A stretch of DNA of 64,000 nt, from NCBI RefSeq assembly GCF_001306175.1, contig NZ_LGKN01000003.1, positions 1 through 64,000 on the forward strand. Reading direction: 5' to 3'. This stretch comes from Ardenticatena maritima. Its GTDB lineage: Bacteria > Chloroflexota > Anaerolineae > Ardenticatenales > Ardenticatenaceae. A program made the position numbers and the translations under genes. Under the pieces are notes generated by a model. That model was not told where the DNA came from. It saw only the letters and a list, made by a program, of their open reading frames with translations, and made no database searches. Positions 10,172-19,422 of the stretch are shown here, one piece after another (positions within the stretch are counted from its first letter, which is position 1; each line of letters starts with the position of its first letter).

Positions 10172-10836
10172 AGGAGTGTTCTCCCCCCTTTGATGAGAAA
10201 GATGATACCGAACAGCAGCGGCAACCAGATACCGAGTGCGCGGCTATGGGTTTCGAGCCAGGTTTTGATGCGGACGATGGTTGTTTCCGCCTGTTGCGGT
10301 GAGAGCGCGTAGAGAACCAGCGGAATCCAGACGGCGCTGGAAAAGACCGCCGCGACGGCGACGGTGAGCGCGACTTGCGCCGTGAGAGAGAGGGGGCTAA
10401 AAACGACGACCGATTGCGCGGAAAGGAAGAGCCCCAGGTTTTTGATGTTGATGATGCTGACCAGCAGCCCCAGCCCACAGGCGCGCCGTGGCGTGATGCG
10501 TTCCACAGCCTGAAAAAAGCGCGGTGGTTCGGGCTTTGCTGTGGCTGGGCGGCGTGCATTGCGCCAGGCAAGCCAGAGCAAGAGAACGCCCAGCAGCCCC
10601 CACAAAACGCCCAGCCAGCGCGGGGGTGTGCCGACGCCGCCCAGCGTGGCGCACGCCCCGATGAAGAGCGTGAGCAGTCCGAGGAGCAGGTAGCCGCCGC
10701 TGTACCCCAGGGCGTAGGCGACGCCACTGCGCCAGCGCCATGGCGACATGAGCAACAAAATCACCAGCAACATAGACCCGAAAGCCACCGAGCCGGATGC
10801 GGCGAGGACGAGGGCTTCGAGAATGGTTGTTTCCAT
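10168..10836 (-). CDS. GAP/Sap family (LysE-like) membrane protein
   Basis: Six TM segments; VILLLMSP..R.G.AY and INIKNL motifs; stop overlaps the rph-like start (ATGA). Confidence 0.75.
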   Translation of the reverse strand: METTILEALVLAASGSVAFGSMLLVILLLMSPWRWRSGVAYALGYSGGYLLLGLLTLFIGACATLGGVGTPPRWLGVLWGLLGVLLLWLAWRNARRPATAKPEPPRFFQAVERITPRRACGLGLLVSIINIKNLGLFLSAQSVVVFSPLSLTAQVALTVAVAAVFSSAVWIPLVLYALSPQQAETTIVRIKTWLETHSRALGIWLPLLFGIIFLIKGGRTLL

Positions 10837-10860
10837 GCTTCGCCCCTTTTGTTAGGCAGC

Positions 10861-10900
10861 ACTTTCAAAAACAGTGTATCCTATTTCTTTTGAAAGTCAA
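10861..10900. promoter_or_regulatory. Candidate TetR operator overlapping the GAP/rph promoter
   Basis: Inverted repeat ACTTTCAAAA (10861-10870) / TTTTGAAAGT (10888-10897) overlapping minus-strand TTGACT-16-TACACT. Confidence 0.55.
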
Positions 10901-10961
10901 GGCTTGCAAAAAAGCGCAAATGTGGCATGATGCTCACACACGCCAACTTGATTGGTGAGGA

Positions 10962-11537
10962 GTGGAAGAGATGCCCAAAATCGTGCGAGACGAGCACATC
11001 TTTCAGACGGTGATTGCCGTGCTCACCCAACGAGGGTATGACGGTGCGACCATGCGTGCCATTGCCGAGGCGGCGGGCGTGAGCGAGGTGACCTTGTTTC
11101 GGCGGTATGGGAGCAAATCTGAATTGGTGCGGCAGGCTGTCGCGTGGCTGGCGTCCACGCTGGATTTTGAGGCGGCGGTGCAGGCGACCGGGGATGTGTA
11201 CGCCGATTTGGTGCGCGTGGTGCAACGTTACCAGCAATTGACGGAGCGGCATGGGGTGTTTCTGACCGCCTTCATGGCGGAGTTGGCGCGCCACCCAGAC
11301 CTGGCTGAGGCGATGGATGCCCCGCGGGCGGTTTTGTGGGCGATTGGCGGGCTTTTCCTGCACTACCAGCAAGCGGGGGTTTTGGTGAGCGAGCCGCCGT
11401 TGCAAAGTGCGGCGGCGCTGTTGGGGCCGCTCGCCTATTCGGCGTTGATGCGGCGCGTGTGGCAGATGGACGCTCCCGCGCTGGATGTGGAAGCACACGT
11501 GCAGCGTTTTCTGGAAGGGCGCTTGCAGAAGGCGTGA
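10962..11537 (+). CDS. TetR/AcrR family transcriptional regulator
   Basis: GYDGATMRAIAEAAGVSEVTLFRRYGSKSEL HTH; divergent from the GAP/rph genes. Confidence 0.93.
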   Translation: MEEMPKIVRDEHIFQTVIAVLTQRGYDGATMRAIAEAAGVSEVTLFRRYGSKSELVRQAVAWLASTLDFEAAVQATGDVYADLVRVVQRYQQLTERHGVFLTAFMAELARHPDLAEAMDAPRAVLWAIGGLFLHYQQAGVLVSEPPLQSAAALLGPLAYSALMRRVWQMDAPALDVEAHVQRFLEGRLQKA

Positions 11538-11621
11538 AAAGAGTTTGCTCTTGCGTTCTGCTCTGCCTATACTGGGCTTGCCCTGAACCAAATACAAATT
11601 CAGAGAGAAGGAGCAAGGCCT

Positions 11622-13193
11622 ATGGCAGTCCTGGTTTCGCAAAAGCGTGTGCAGTCCATTCTCCAGAAGTTAGGGCTTTCGGACGTCAACCCCGGCGCAT
11701 GTATCGGCCCCGATGAGTGGATCGAAGACCCCAACGGCGAGAAACTGATTTCGTACAACCCCACCACGAACGAACCCATCGCCAGCGTCATCACAGCAAC
11801 CGCCGCGACATACGACCGCGTGGTGGAAGCCGCCGCCGAGGCGTTTTTGGAGTGGCGCATGGTGCCCGCCCCCAAGCGTGGGCAGATGATTCGCGATTTT
11901 GGCGATGCGTTGCGCGAGTACAAAGAGCCGCTGGGCGAACTGGTGACGCTCGAAGTCGGCAAAATTCGCGCTGAGGGGCTGGGCGAAGTCCAGGAGATGA
12001 TTGACATTTGCGATTTCGCGGTCGGGCTTTCGCGCCAGTTGTATGGCTTGACGATGGCGTCGGAGCGCCCGCGCCACCGCATGTACGAACAGTGGCACCC
12101 CCTGGGACCGATTGGTATCATCACCGCCTTCAACTTCCCCGTGGCGGTCTGGTCGTGGAACTCGGCGATTGCGGCTGTGGCGGGCGACACCATGATTTGG
12201 AAGCCTTCGCCGCTTGCCCCGTTGACGGCGGTTGCCGTCCAGCACATTGCCAACCGCGTGCTGGCCGACCACGGCTACAAGGGCGTTTTCAACCTGGTGA
12301 TTGGCTCGAATGAAGAAGTCGGCGAGCGCATGATCAACGACCATCGCCTGCCGCTCATCTCCTTCACCGGCTCCATTCGCGTGGGGCGGCACGTGGCGCA
12401 AACCGTCGCCCAGCGCCTGGGGCGCACGATTTTGGAACTGGGCGGCAACAACGCCGTGATTGTGACCCCCAGCGCGGACATGGACCTGGTGGTGCGCGCC
12501 GTGCTGTTCGCCGCAGTGGGGACGGCGGGGCAACGCTGTACCACGTTGCGCCGTCTCATCGTCCACAAGTCGGTGGTGGATACGCTCTTGCCGCGGCTCA
12601 TTGACGCCTACAAGCAGGTGCGCATTGGCGACCCCATGGACGACAACACGCTGATGGGACCGCTGATTACGCCCAAGGCGGTGGAAAACATGATGGCGGC
12701 GATTGAGACCGCCAAGGCGATTGGCGGCGAGGTGCTCTACGGCGGCAAGGCGCGCCCCGACATTGGCCCCAACTTTGTTGAACCGACGATTATCAAGATG
12801 CCCGAGCAATTGCCGCTGGTGTGCGAAGAAACCTTTGCGCCGATTCTCTACGTGATGGAATACGAAACCCTGGAAGAAGCCATTGCGCTGAACAACGGTG
12901 TGCCGCAAGGCTTGTCGAGCGCGATCTTCACCAACGACTTGCGCGAAGCCGAAACCTTCCTCTCACCCGAAGGCTCCGACTGCGGTATCGCCAACGTCAA
13001 CATTGGGACGAGCGGCGCGGAAATTGGCGGGGCGTTTGGCGGCGAGAAAGATACCGGCGGCGGGCGCGAAGCCGGTTCGGATGCGTGGAAGGCGTACATG
13101 CGCCGCCAGACCGTCACCATCAACTACTCGCGCGAATTGCCGCTGGCGCAGGGAATCAAGTTCGGCGATTTTTCGGATACCGACGACGCCTAA
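11622..13193 (+). CDS. Aldehyde dehydrogenase family 7 (antiquitin/piperideine-6-carboxylate dehydrogenase-like)
   Basis: ITAFNFPVAVWSWN, LELGGNNA, GTAGQRCTT, GAEIGGAFGGEKDTGGGRE. Confidence 0.92.
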   Translation: MAVLVSQKRVQSILQKLGLSDVNPGACIGPDEWIEDPNGEKLISYNPTTNEPIASVITATAATYDRVVEAAAEAFLEWRMVPAPKRGQMIRDFGDALREYKEPLGELVTLEVGKIRAEGLGEVQEMIDICDFAVGLSRQLYGLTMASERPRHRMYEQWHPLGPIGIITAFNFPVAVWSWNSAIAAVAGDTMIWKPSPLAPLTAVAVQHIANRVLADHGYKGVFNLVIGSNEEVGERMINDHRLPLISFTGSIRVGRHVAQTVAQRLGRTILELGGNNAVIVTPSADMDLVVRAVLFAAVGTAGQRCTTLRRLIVHKSVVDTLLPRLIDAYKQVRIGDPMDDNTLMGPLITPKAVENMMAAIETAKAIGGEVLYGGKARPDIGPNFVEPTIIKMPEQLPLVCEETFAPILYVMEYETLEEAIALNNGVPQGLSSAIFTNDLREAETFLSPEGSDCGIANVNIGTSGAEIGGAFGGEKDTGGGREAGSDAWKAYMRRQTVTINYSRELPLAQGIKFGDFSDTDDA

Positions 13194-13215
13194 GCGCACG
13201 GTTTGCCATCAGCGG

Positions 13216-13257
13216 GCGGCCTGTCAGGTGCGAAACCTGGCAGGCTGCTTTGTTTTT
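13216..13257 (+). terminator. Intrinsic terminator after ALDH
   Basis: GCGGCCTGTCAGGT...ACCTGGCAGGCTGC stem, then TTTGTTTTT. Confidence 0.7.
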
Positions 13258-13309
13258 GGGACTTTTTTCCCTTTGAAAAGACTTTGTGCTGGTAATATTG
13301 CTGTCGGAT

Positions 13310-13386
13310 TTGACGAATGTCCTCTTTTTACTACTATGAGCAACGGCCTTGTGACAGATTCTACAAAGTCACAGGCTTTTTTGTTT
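13310..13386 (+). promoter_or_regulatory. Promoter followed immediately by a terminator-like leader hairpin
   Basis: TTGACG-16-TACTAT (13310-13337), then hairpin GGCCTTGTGAC/GTCACAGGCT and a TTTTTTGTTT run before the SD of the next gene. Confidence 0.55.
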
Positions 13387-13418
13387 GCACTTTGAAAAAT
13401 TCATAGAGAGGTGGTTGT

Positions 13419-14174
13419 ATGAACACCAGGTATTGGCAGGTTCTCGCCATCATCGGCATGGTGTTGGTGCTGATGAGCGCAGTCGTTTCGACGGCTGACG
13501 CGGCGGGACCTGGAACGGTCGAGGTGCTGGCGACAGCCTACACCTGCGACGCGCATCCACGCAACCCGATGTACCCATGTGGTCCTTTGCGATGGGGAGG
13601 CGATGTGTGGGACCCGGGCATGGCTTGTCCGCCTGAATGGCGCGACACCCTCTGGCGCGTGCCCGGTTTTGGAGTCCTCCGTTGTGATGACACGCCTCGC
13701 GATAGTTATCTGTATGGATTACCCCACATTGATATTCGACTCCCCACGTACCGCGAAGCCATCTTGTTTGGCATGCAACGGTTGACGATCCAGTCGGCCG
13801 ACACACAGCCGCTCCCATCGCACGAAGAGGCTGTTGCGTGGGTGCATTCACACGCACCACACGGCGACCCCAATACGGCGCTGGCGCGTCTGTTCTGGGG
13901 CGCACGTGCACAGCGTGAGTTTGCGCAGGTGATTGGCGATTGGGCGCTTCCGCCCGATGCGCCGGTGTGGGTGGTGACGATTTGGATTCCACCCCAGTTC
14001 TTGCCTGAAGAGGCCAAGGCTGCGCCAGACCCCAGCGCACCCATCGCCGCCCAGTTGTACGTGGTGGACGCCACGACGGGCGAACTCTACGGCTCAACGT
14101 TCGTTTCATTCGACGTTGTCGAAAAAATGGGATGGGTCGCGGAAGACCACATTGACATCTCAACAATCGAATAA
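13419..14174 (+). CDS. Secreted protein with a 3D (MltA-like) domain and a C-terminal PepSY-like segment
   Basis: Signal peptide ending ADA-A; ATAY...VPGFG..RCDDT...HIDI...EAI.FG pattern of 3D domains; C-terminal PVWVV...YVVDATTGE. Confidence 0.7.
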   Translation: MNTRYWQVLAIIGMVLVLMSAVVSTADAAGPGTVEVLATAYTCDAHPRNPMYPCGPLRWGGDVWDPGMACPPEWRDTLWRVPGFGVLRCDDTPRDSYLYGLPHIDIRLPTYREAILFGMQRLTIQSADTQPLPSHEEAVAWVHSHAPHGDPNTALARLFWGARAQREFAQVIGDWALPPDAPVWVVTIWIPPQFLPEEAKAAPDPSAPIAAQLYVVDATTGELYGSTFVSFDVVEKMGWVAEDHIDISTIE

Positions 14175-14197
14175 TCGGCTGCTGTGAAGCAGTGAGC

Positions 14198-14290
14198 AAA
14201 CCCCCGTCCTTGAGGCGGGGGTTTTTTGATGCTCGCCCTGCTGGAAAGACCAAAAAGCCCCCTACCGCGCGGGTAGGGGGCTTGCTTTGT
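14198..14290. terminator. Tandem terminator hairpins between convergent genes
   Basis: AAACCCCCGTC..GGCGGGGGTTTTTT and AAAAAGCCCCCTACC..GGTAGGGGGCTT. Confidence 0.75.
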
Positions 14291-14307
14291 TGGGTGAACC
14301 GTGCTGA

Positions 14308-17300
14308 TTACTGCTCAGGCAAGGATGCCGGCACCGGAGAGGGTTTGCCGATGCCCGCTTGGGCGACTTCTTCCGCTTTCATGCGGTTGACCAGGCTGTA
14401 CACCACCGGCACTACAACCAGCGTCAGGAAGGTGGAGGAGAAGAGCCCCCCGATGACCACCGTCGCCAGTTCGGCGGCGATGATGGCGCCTTCCTCGACG
14501 CCGAGCGCCAGCGGCACGAGCGCCAGCATGGCGGCAATCGCCGTCATCAGGATGGGGCGCAAGCGCGTGCGACCGCCTTCCATCAGCGCTTCATACACGT
14601 TCATGCCGCGCACAAAGCGGTTCTTGCGTACACGGTCAATCAGCACGATGGCGTTCGTCACCACAATCCCGACGAGCATCATCATGCCGACGAGCGCCGA
14701 CATACCCAGCACGCGGTCGGTCAGCCAGAGCGCCACCGCCGCGCCAATGGTTGCCAGCGGCAGGCTGAAGAGGATGACGAAGGGATCCACCAGCGAGTGG
14801 AAGGTGAGCACCATCACGAAGTAAACGATGACGATGGAAATCAGCACCGCTTGCCCCGCTTGCTGGAAGCCTTCTTTTTGCTGGCGGCTGTCGAACCCTT
14901 CGGTGACGGTCACGCCTTCGGGCACGATGGCGCGCACCGCCTCAATCGCCTTTTCGGTCACGCCGATGGCGTCGTCGGTTTCAATTTCACCCGTGAAACT
15001 GGCGGCGGGCTGCCCATCCACACGCAGGATGGTGTCGCCCGTGCTCAGGTTGCTGCTGACGTTCGCCAGCCCGTCAATGTCTTCGAGCGTGGCGATGACC
15101 TCATCGTTGATGTCCGCCAGCACTTCCGGATCGCCGTAGAGCACCAGCGAGAAGCCGCCAAACCCACTGGACGCCGTGCCCAGCGAGACACGCACGTTCT
15201 CTTCGCCAAAGACCTCGTTGGCAATGGCGCGCACCTGCGCTGTGAGTTCGTCGGCGCGTTCCGTATCTTCCACGCCGATTTGCACGTTGGCGCGGGTCTG
15301 GTCTACACCGCCGCCGAACATGATGGACTCAAAACCACCCATGCCGACGGTGGAGCGGACAATCCCCAAGCCTTCGATGTCGGCGATGCGTTCCTCGAAC
15401 GTTTCAACCAGTTCGAGCGTGTCCACCATCTGGTAGTCGCTGGGCAGGTCAACCACCACCGAGATTTCCGGTTCGCCCATTTCGGGCACAAACGTGCGTG
15501 GGCGGTGGCTGAAGAGCCACATGCTCACCACGAAGAGAACGAACGCCGTCACCAGCACGATGGCGCGGTGGGTCAGCGCCCAGTGCAGTGCCCGCGAGTA
15601 GAGGCGTTGCAGGGTTGTTTCCTGCTCAACAGGCAGGTGCTCCTTGCGGATGAACATGTACGTGAGCACGGGAATGGTCGTGACGGCGACTACGAAACTT
15701 GACATAAGCGCGTAGGTCACAGCCACGCCGAAGGGCAGGAAGAATTCGCCCAGCAAGCCGCCAATCAGGCCGATGGGTAGGAAGACCACCACGGTGGTGA
15801 CCGTCGAGGCGAAAATGGCGACGGCGACGTCGCGCGTGCCGGTGAGCACGGCTTCGAGTTGGTCTTCGCCCCGCTGGATGTGGCGGTAGATGTTTTCGAG
15901 CACCACGATGGAGTCGTCCACCACGCGCCCAATGGCGACCGTCATCCCCGAGAGGGTCATGATGTTCAGTGTGAGGTTGGTGGGGAAGAGGCGCGCGATG
16001 CCGTGCATGAGACTGCCCAACAGCGGCACGCCGCGCGTGGCGTCCACCAGCGGGTTGAGCACGACATGCGCGGCGGGCGGCAGCCACTTCATCAGGGCGA
16101 ACGCCATCATCACCGAGAGCGGAATGCTCACTCCGGTGACGAGCGTACTGCGCCAGGAGATGATGCGGCGACCGTCGCGCCCGTGCCCGCTCAGGAAGAC
16201 GAGGATGACGAAGATGGCGAAGAGCGCCCCAAGCAAGCCTTCGCGGGTGACGCCGCTGATGCTTTCTTCGATGAACGAGGCTTGCTCAAACGCGACGTCG
16301 AATTGCAAGGCGTCGTATTCGGCTTCCAGTTCGTCGAGTTTGTCGAACACCAGGTGCGAGACGGCGACGGTGTTGGCGTCGTTTTCCTTGTAGATGGTGA
16401 GCACAACCGCCGGTTGCCCGTTGACGCGAGCGATGGTGTCTTCGGGGATGAAGACTTCGCGCTCGCCGCTGGCAATCGCTTGCAATTCCTCGCGCAAAGC
16501 GGGGTCGAGGCTCGCCATGAAGTCTTCCGGCAGGGCTTGCAGCACCTCAGGCGAGAGCATGCGCAGGACAGCCGGGCTCAGGTTTTGCAGGAAGTTTTCT
16601 TCGTGCTCCGCCAGCCACAGGATGACGTCGGGCGTCAGGTCGGCGAGCAGTTGCGGCGCGTTGGGCGGACCGTTTTCCACCAGCAGGTTGAGGAAGTCGG
16701 CTGCGGTGGGCGCAAAGCCGTTGTTGATGAGGTCGGCGGCGGTGGTAAAGCGTGGTCCTTGCGCCGGCTCACCATCTTCCGGCGGTGTCACCCACGCCCC
16801 GCTGAGCGGCGGCGCTTCCTTAGCCATTTCTTCGGCGGCTTGTTGCGCGGCAATCCAGGCGGCGCTCAGCCCGCCGGCGGGTGCGGCGCGTTCATCGAGT
16901 TCGGCGCGCACGTCGTCGGGCAGGGTGGCGGTGTAGGTCTCCGGCAGCCACGCCAGCGCCTCGGGCGACATGCGGCGCAGGTGGTCGGGTGTGAGTGTTT
17001 CAAAGAGTTGTGGCGCAAAGTTCGCCACCGCCTGCACGATTTCGGGGGTCAGGTCTTCAGGGCGTTGCAGTTCGATGCCCTGGGCTTGCCCCACGGCTTG
17101 CCATTCGAGCGGCAAGGTTTCGCCCGGTTCGCCTTGTTCGGCGGGCGCGGCGGCTTGCGCCTTTTGGGCGAGTTGGGCTTGCAGGTCTGGGTCGAGCGAG
17201 GCGAGGAAGTCTTGCGGCAGGGCGGCGACCGCCTCGGGCGACATGGCGAGCAAGTGCTCAGGCGTGAGGTCGGCGAGCAGTTGCGGCGCGAACGAGGCGA

Positions 17301-18405
17301 TGCCGGCGACGATTTCGGGCGTGAGGTCGGCGGTGGTTTCGAGCGTCATGCCCTGCGCTTGTGCGGCGGCGACCCACGATTCGGGCAGGGGCACCGCGGC
17401 GGTTTCGCCTTGCTCGGCGGGTGCGGCGGCTTCTTCGTCGGTGGGTGCTTCGCCTGTGTCGGCGCTCATGTCGCCCGCCTGTTCGCCTTCGCCTTCAGCC
17501 GAGGGCGCTTCGGCAAGCGCGCCCGCTTCCGCCAGGCGTGCTTCCAGCGCGGCGCGTGCGTCCGCGGGAATGCGGTCGTACAGGTCGGCGGGAACGGCTT
17601 GCAGAACGTCAAGCGGTGTCGCTTCGACGATTTCGGGTGTGAGTTCGTCCAGCAGTTGGGGGGCGGCTTCCAGCGCCGACGCCACAATTTCGGGCGTGAG
17701 GTCGGCGGTGGTTTTCAGTTCCACACCCTGCATTTGCGCGGCGCGCACCCACAGGTCGGGCAGGTCCACAGGGGCGGGCGTCGCTTCTTCGGCGGGTTGT
17801 GCGGTGGCTTCGCCGCTCTCTGTATCGCGGCTGAAGATTTCTTCGGGCAGTTCTTGCCCCCCGCTCACTTCCACGCGCGCCACGCCGTCCAGCGCTTCCA
17901 GTTGCGGCACGATTTCGCTTTGGATGAGCGCTTTGAGTTCACTGCGCGAGAGTTCCGATGACGAGGCGCTGGCGGCGACGACCGGCAGGTCGGAGAAGTT
18001 GAAGTTGAGCAGTTGCGGCGTTTCTACGCCTTCGGGCAATTGCACCTGTTCGATGGCGTTCGCCAGCTCTTCGCGCAGGGCTTCTTGGTCAAGCCCGAAT
18101 TCGTTGCGCACGATGATGACGGCGACGCCGCGCGAAGAGGTGGATTCGATATTGACCACGCCGTCAACGGTGCGGACGGCTTCTTCCAGCGGAATGGTGA
18201 TCGTATCACGGACTTCTTCGGGTGAGAGACCGGGCGCTTGAACAAAGACCACGGTCTGCGGAAATTCGATGGGTGGCAGCAACTCCTGGTTGAGCTGCGA
18301 CCACGCAACTCCCCCCGCGATAATGAAGAGGAACGATAAGGCAATCGTGATCCACTTGAACCGCAAGGAGAGGCGGGTTGTTTTGTCAACAAGTCGTTCA
18401 AACAT
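14308..18405 (-). CDS. RND efflux permease (AcrB/SwrC-like) with a large repeat insertion
   Basis: ELLPPIEFP, AIGRVVDDSIVVLENIYRH, GIVVTNAIVLID, RLRPILMT, ATVVIGGL; ATG 18405 after GAGAGG. Confidence 0.93.
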   Translation of the reverse strand: MFERLVDKTTRLSLRFKWITIALSFLFIIAGGVAWSQLNQELLPPIEFPQTVVFVQAPGLSPEEVRDTITIPLEEAVRTVDGVVNIESTSSRGVAVIIVRNEFGLDQEALREELANAIEQVQLPEGVETPQLLNFNFSDLPVVAASASSSELSRSELKALIQSEIVPQLEALDGVARVEVSGGQELPEEIFSRDTESGEATAQPAEEATPAPVDLPDLWVRAAQMQGVELKTTADLTPEIVASALEAAPQLLDELTPEIVEATPLDVLQAVPADLYDRIPADARAALEARLAEAGALAEAPSAEGEGEQAGDMSADTGEAPTDEEAAAPAEQGETAAVPLPESWVAAAQAQGMTLETTADLTPEIVAGIASFAPQLLADLTPEHLLAMSPEAVAALPQDFLASLDPDLQAQLAQKAQAAAPAEQGEPGETLPLEWQAVGQAQGIELQRPEDLTPEIVQAVANFAPQLFETLTPDHLRRMSPEALAWLPETYTATLPDDVRAELDERAAPAGGLSAAWIAAQQAAEEMAKEAPPLSGAWVTPPEDGEPAQGPRFTTAADLINNGFAPTAADFLNLLVENGPPNAPQLLADLTPDVILWLAEHEENFLQNLSPAVLRMLSPEVLQALPEDFMASLDPALREELQAIASGEREVFIPEDTIARVNGQPAVVLTIYKENDANTVAVSHLVFDKLDELEAEYDALQFDVAFEQASFIEESISGVTREGLLGALFAIFVILVFLSGHGRDGRRIISWRSTLVTGVSIPLSVMMAFALMKWLPPAAHVVLNPLVDATRGVPLLGSLMHGIARLFPTNLTLNIMTLSGMTVAIGRVVDDSIVVLENIYRHIQRGEDQLEAVLTGTRDVAVAIFASTVTTVVVFLPIGLIGGLLGEFFLPFGVAVTYALMSSFVVAVTTIPVLTYMFIRKEHLPVEQETTLQRLYSRALHWALTHRAIVLVTAFVLFVVSMWLFSHRPRTFVPEMGEPEISVVVDLPSDYQMVDTLELVETFEERIADIEGLGIVRSTVGMGGFESIMFGGGVDQTRANVQIGVEDTERADELTAQVRAIANEVFGEENVRVSLGTASSGFGGFSLVLYGDPEVLADINDEVIATLEDIDGLANVSSNLSTGDTILRVDGQPAASFTGEIETDDAIGVTEKAIEAVRAIVPEGVTVTEGFDSRQQKEGFQQAGQAVLISIVIVYFVMVLTFHSLVDPFVILFSLPLATIGAAVALWLTDRVLGMSALVGMMMLVGIVVTNAIVLIDRVRKNRFVRGMNVYEALMEGGRTRLRPILMTAIAAMLALVPLALGVEEGAIIAAELATVVIGGLFSSTFLTLVVVPVVYSLVNRMKAEEVAQAGIGKPSPVPASLPEQ
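16440..17855 (-). repeat. About four 80-aa protein repeats inside the RND periplasmic loop
   Basis: Recurrent LP..W...AQ.QG..L.T..DLTPE.V......APQL...LTP......SPE....LP..F...LDP units separated by acidic Ala/Glu/Pro linkers. Confidence 0.85.
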
Positions 18406-18558
18406 CGTCTTGCACCTCTCTGCAAAGAATTTTTGAGCGTTTGTGATGTGGCGCACAAAGTGCCGGGGGAAATCATAGCGAGCCAGGCGGGGGAAGACAA
18501 TCCCGCAAATGGGGGATTTTGTGAGGGAGATGGGACGCAAAAAGCGGGGCGGCGGGGT

Positions 18559-19422
18559 TTACCAGCCGAGCCGCACGACGCGCACGAGCGAGGGGTCGAG
18601 CGGGGCGCTCTGCGCGAGCAGGAAATGCCCCGCGGGACCATGTCCACGCCCGAGCTGGTAGTCGGCGGCGGCGCGGAGCGCGTGGGTGATGAAGGTTTTG
18701 GCGTGCTGGGCGGCGGTGAGCAGGGGAAGCCCTTGCGCGAGAGAGGCGGCGAGCGCGGCGGAGAAGGTGCAGCCGGTGCCGTGGGTGTTGGTGGTGGTGA
18801 TGCGTTCGGCGGCGAGCAGGTACATGTCCGTGCCGTCAAAGAAGAGGTCCACGGCGTGCCCGCGCCATTCGGGGTCTTCGATGTGCCCCCCCGTCAGAAT
18901 GACGGCGGCGCCCCCGATGCCGTGCAGGATGCGGGCGGCGGCGCGCATTTCGTCCAGCGAGGTGATGAGCAAGCCGGTGAGGGCTTCGGCTTCGGCGCGG
19001 TTGGGGGTGATGACGGTGGCGCGCGGGAGCAATCGGTGGATGAGGGCGTGGTGGGCGTCCTCTTCCAGCAGGGCGTCGCCGCTGGTGGCGACCATGACGG
19101 GGTCGAGGACGAGGTGGGGGATGGCGTACTCGGCGGCGGCGTGCGCTACGGTTTCGATGATGTCGGTGGTGGCGAGCATGCCGGTTTTCCAGACGGTGGG
19201 GTGGATGTCTTGCATGACGGCGTCAATTTGCGCCCGCACGAAGGGGGCGGGCACGGTGTGTGTGGCGAGGACGCCGAGGGTGTTTTGCGCGGTTAGCGCG
19301 GTGATGGCGCTGGCGCCCCACACGCCGCAGGCGGCGAAGGTGTGCAGGTCGGCTTGAATGCCGGCGCCGCCCCCGGAGTCGGAGCCGGCGATGGTGAGCA
19401 CGGCGGGGCATGTGCGGCTCAT
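18559..19422 (-). CDS. thiD: Hydroxymethylpyrimidine/phosphomethylpyrimidine kinase
   Basis: LTIAGSDSGGGAGIQADL, TAQNT, LDPVMVATSG, THGTGCTFS. Confidence 0.95.
   Translation of the reverse strand: MSRTCPAVLTIAGSDSGGGAGIQADLHTFAACGVWGASAITALTAQNTLGVLATHTVPAPFVRAQIDAVMQDIHPTVWKTGMLATTDIIETVAHAAAEYAIPHLVLDPVMVATSGDALLEEDAHHALIHRLLPRATVITPNRAEAEALTGLLITSLDEMRAAARILHGIGGAAVILTGGHIEDPEWRGHAVDLFFDGTDMYLLAAERITTTNTHGTGCTFSAALAASLAQGLPLLTAAQHAKTFITHALRAAADYQLGRGHGPAGHFLLAQSAPLDPSLVRVVRLGW

Noticed and set aside
10837..10961. Rifamycin-associated element upstream of the rph-like operon
   Set aside because: No match to the GC-rich actinobacterial palindrome; only an AT-rich inverted repeat is present
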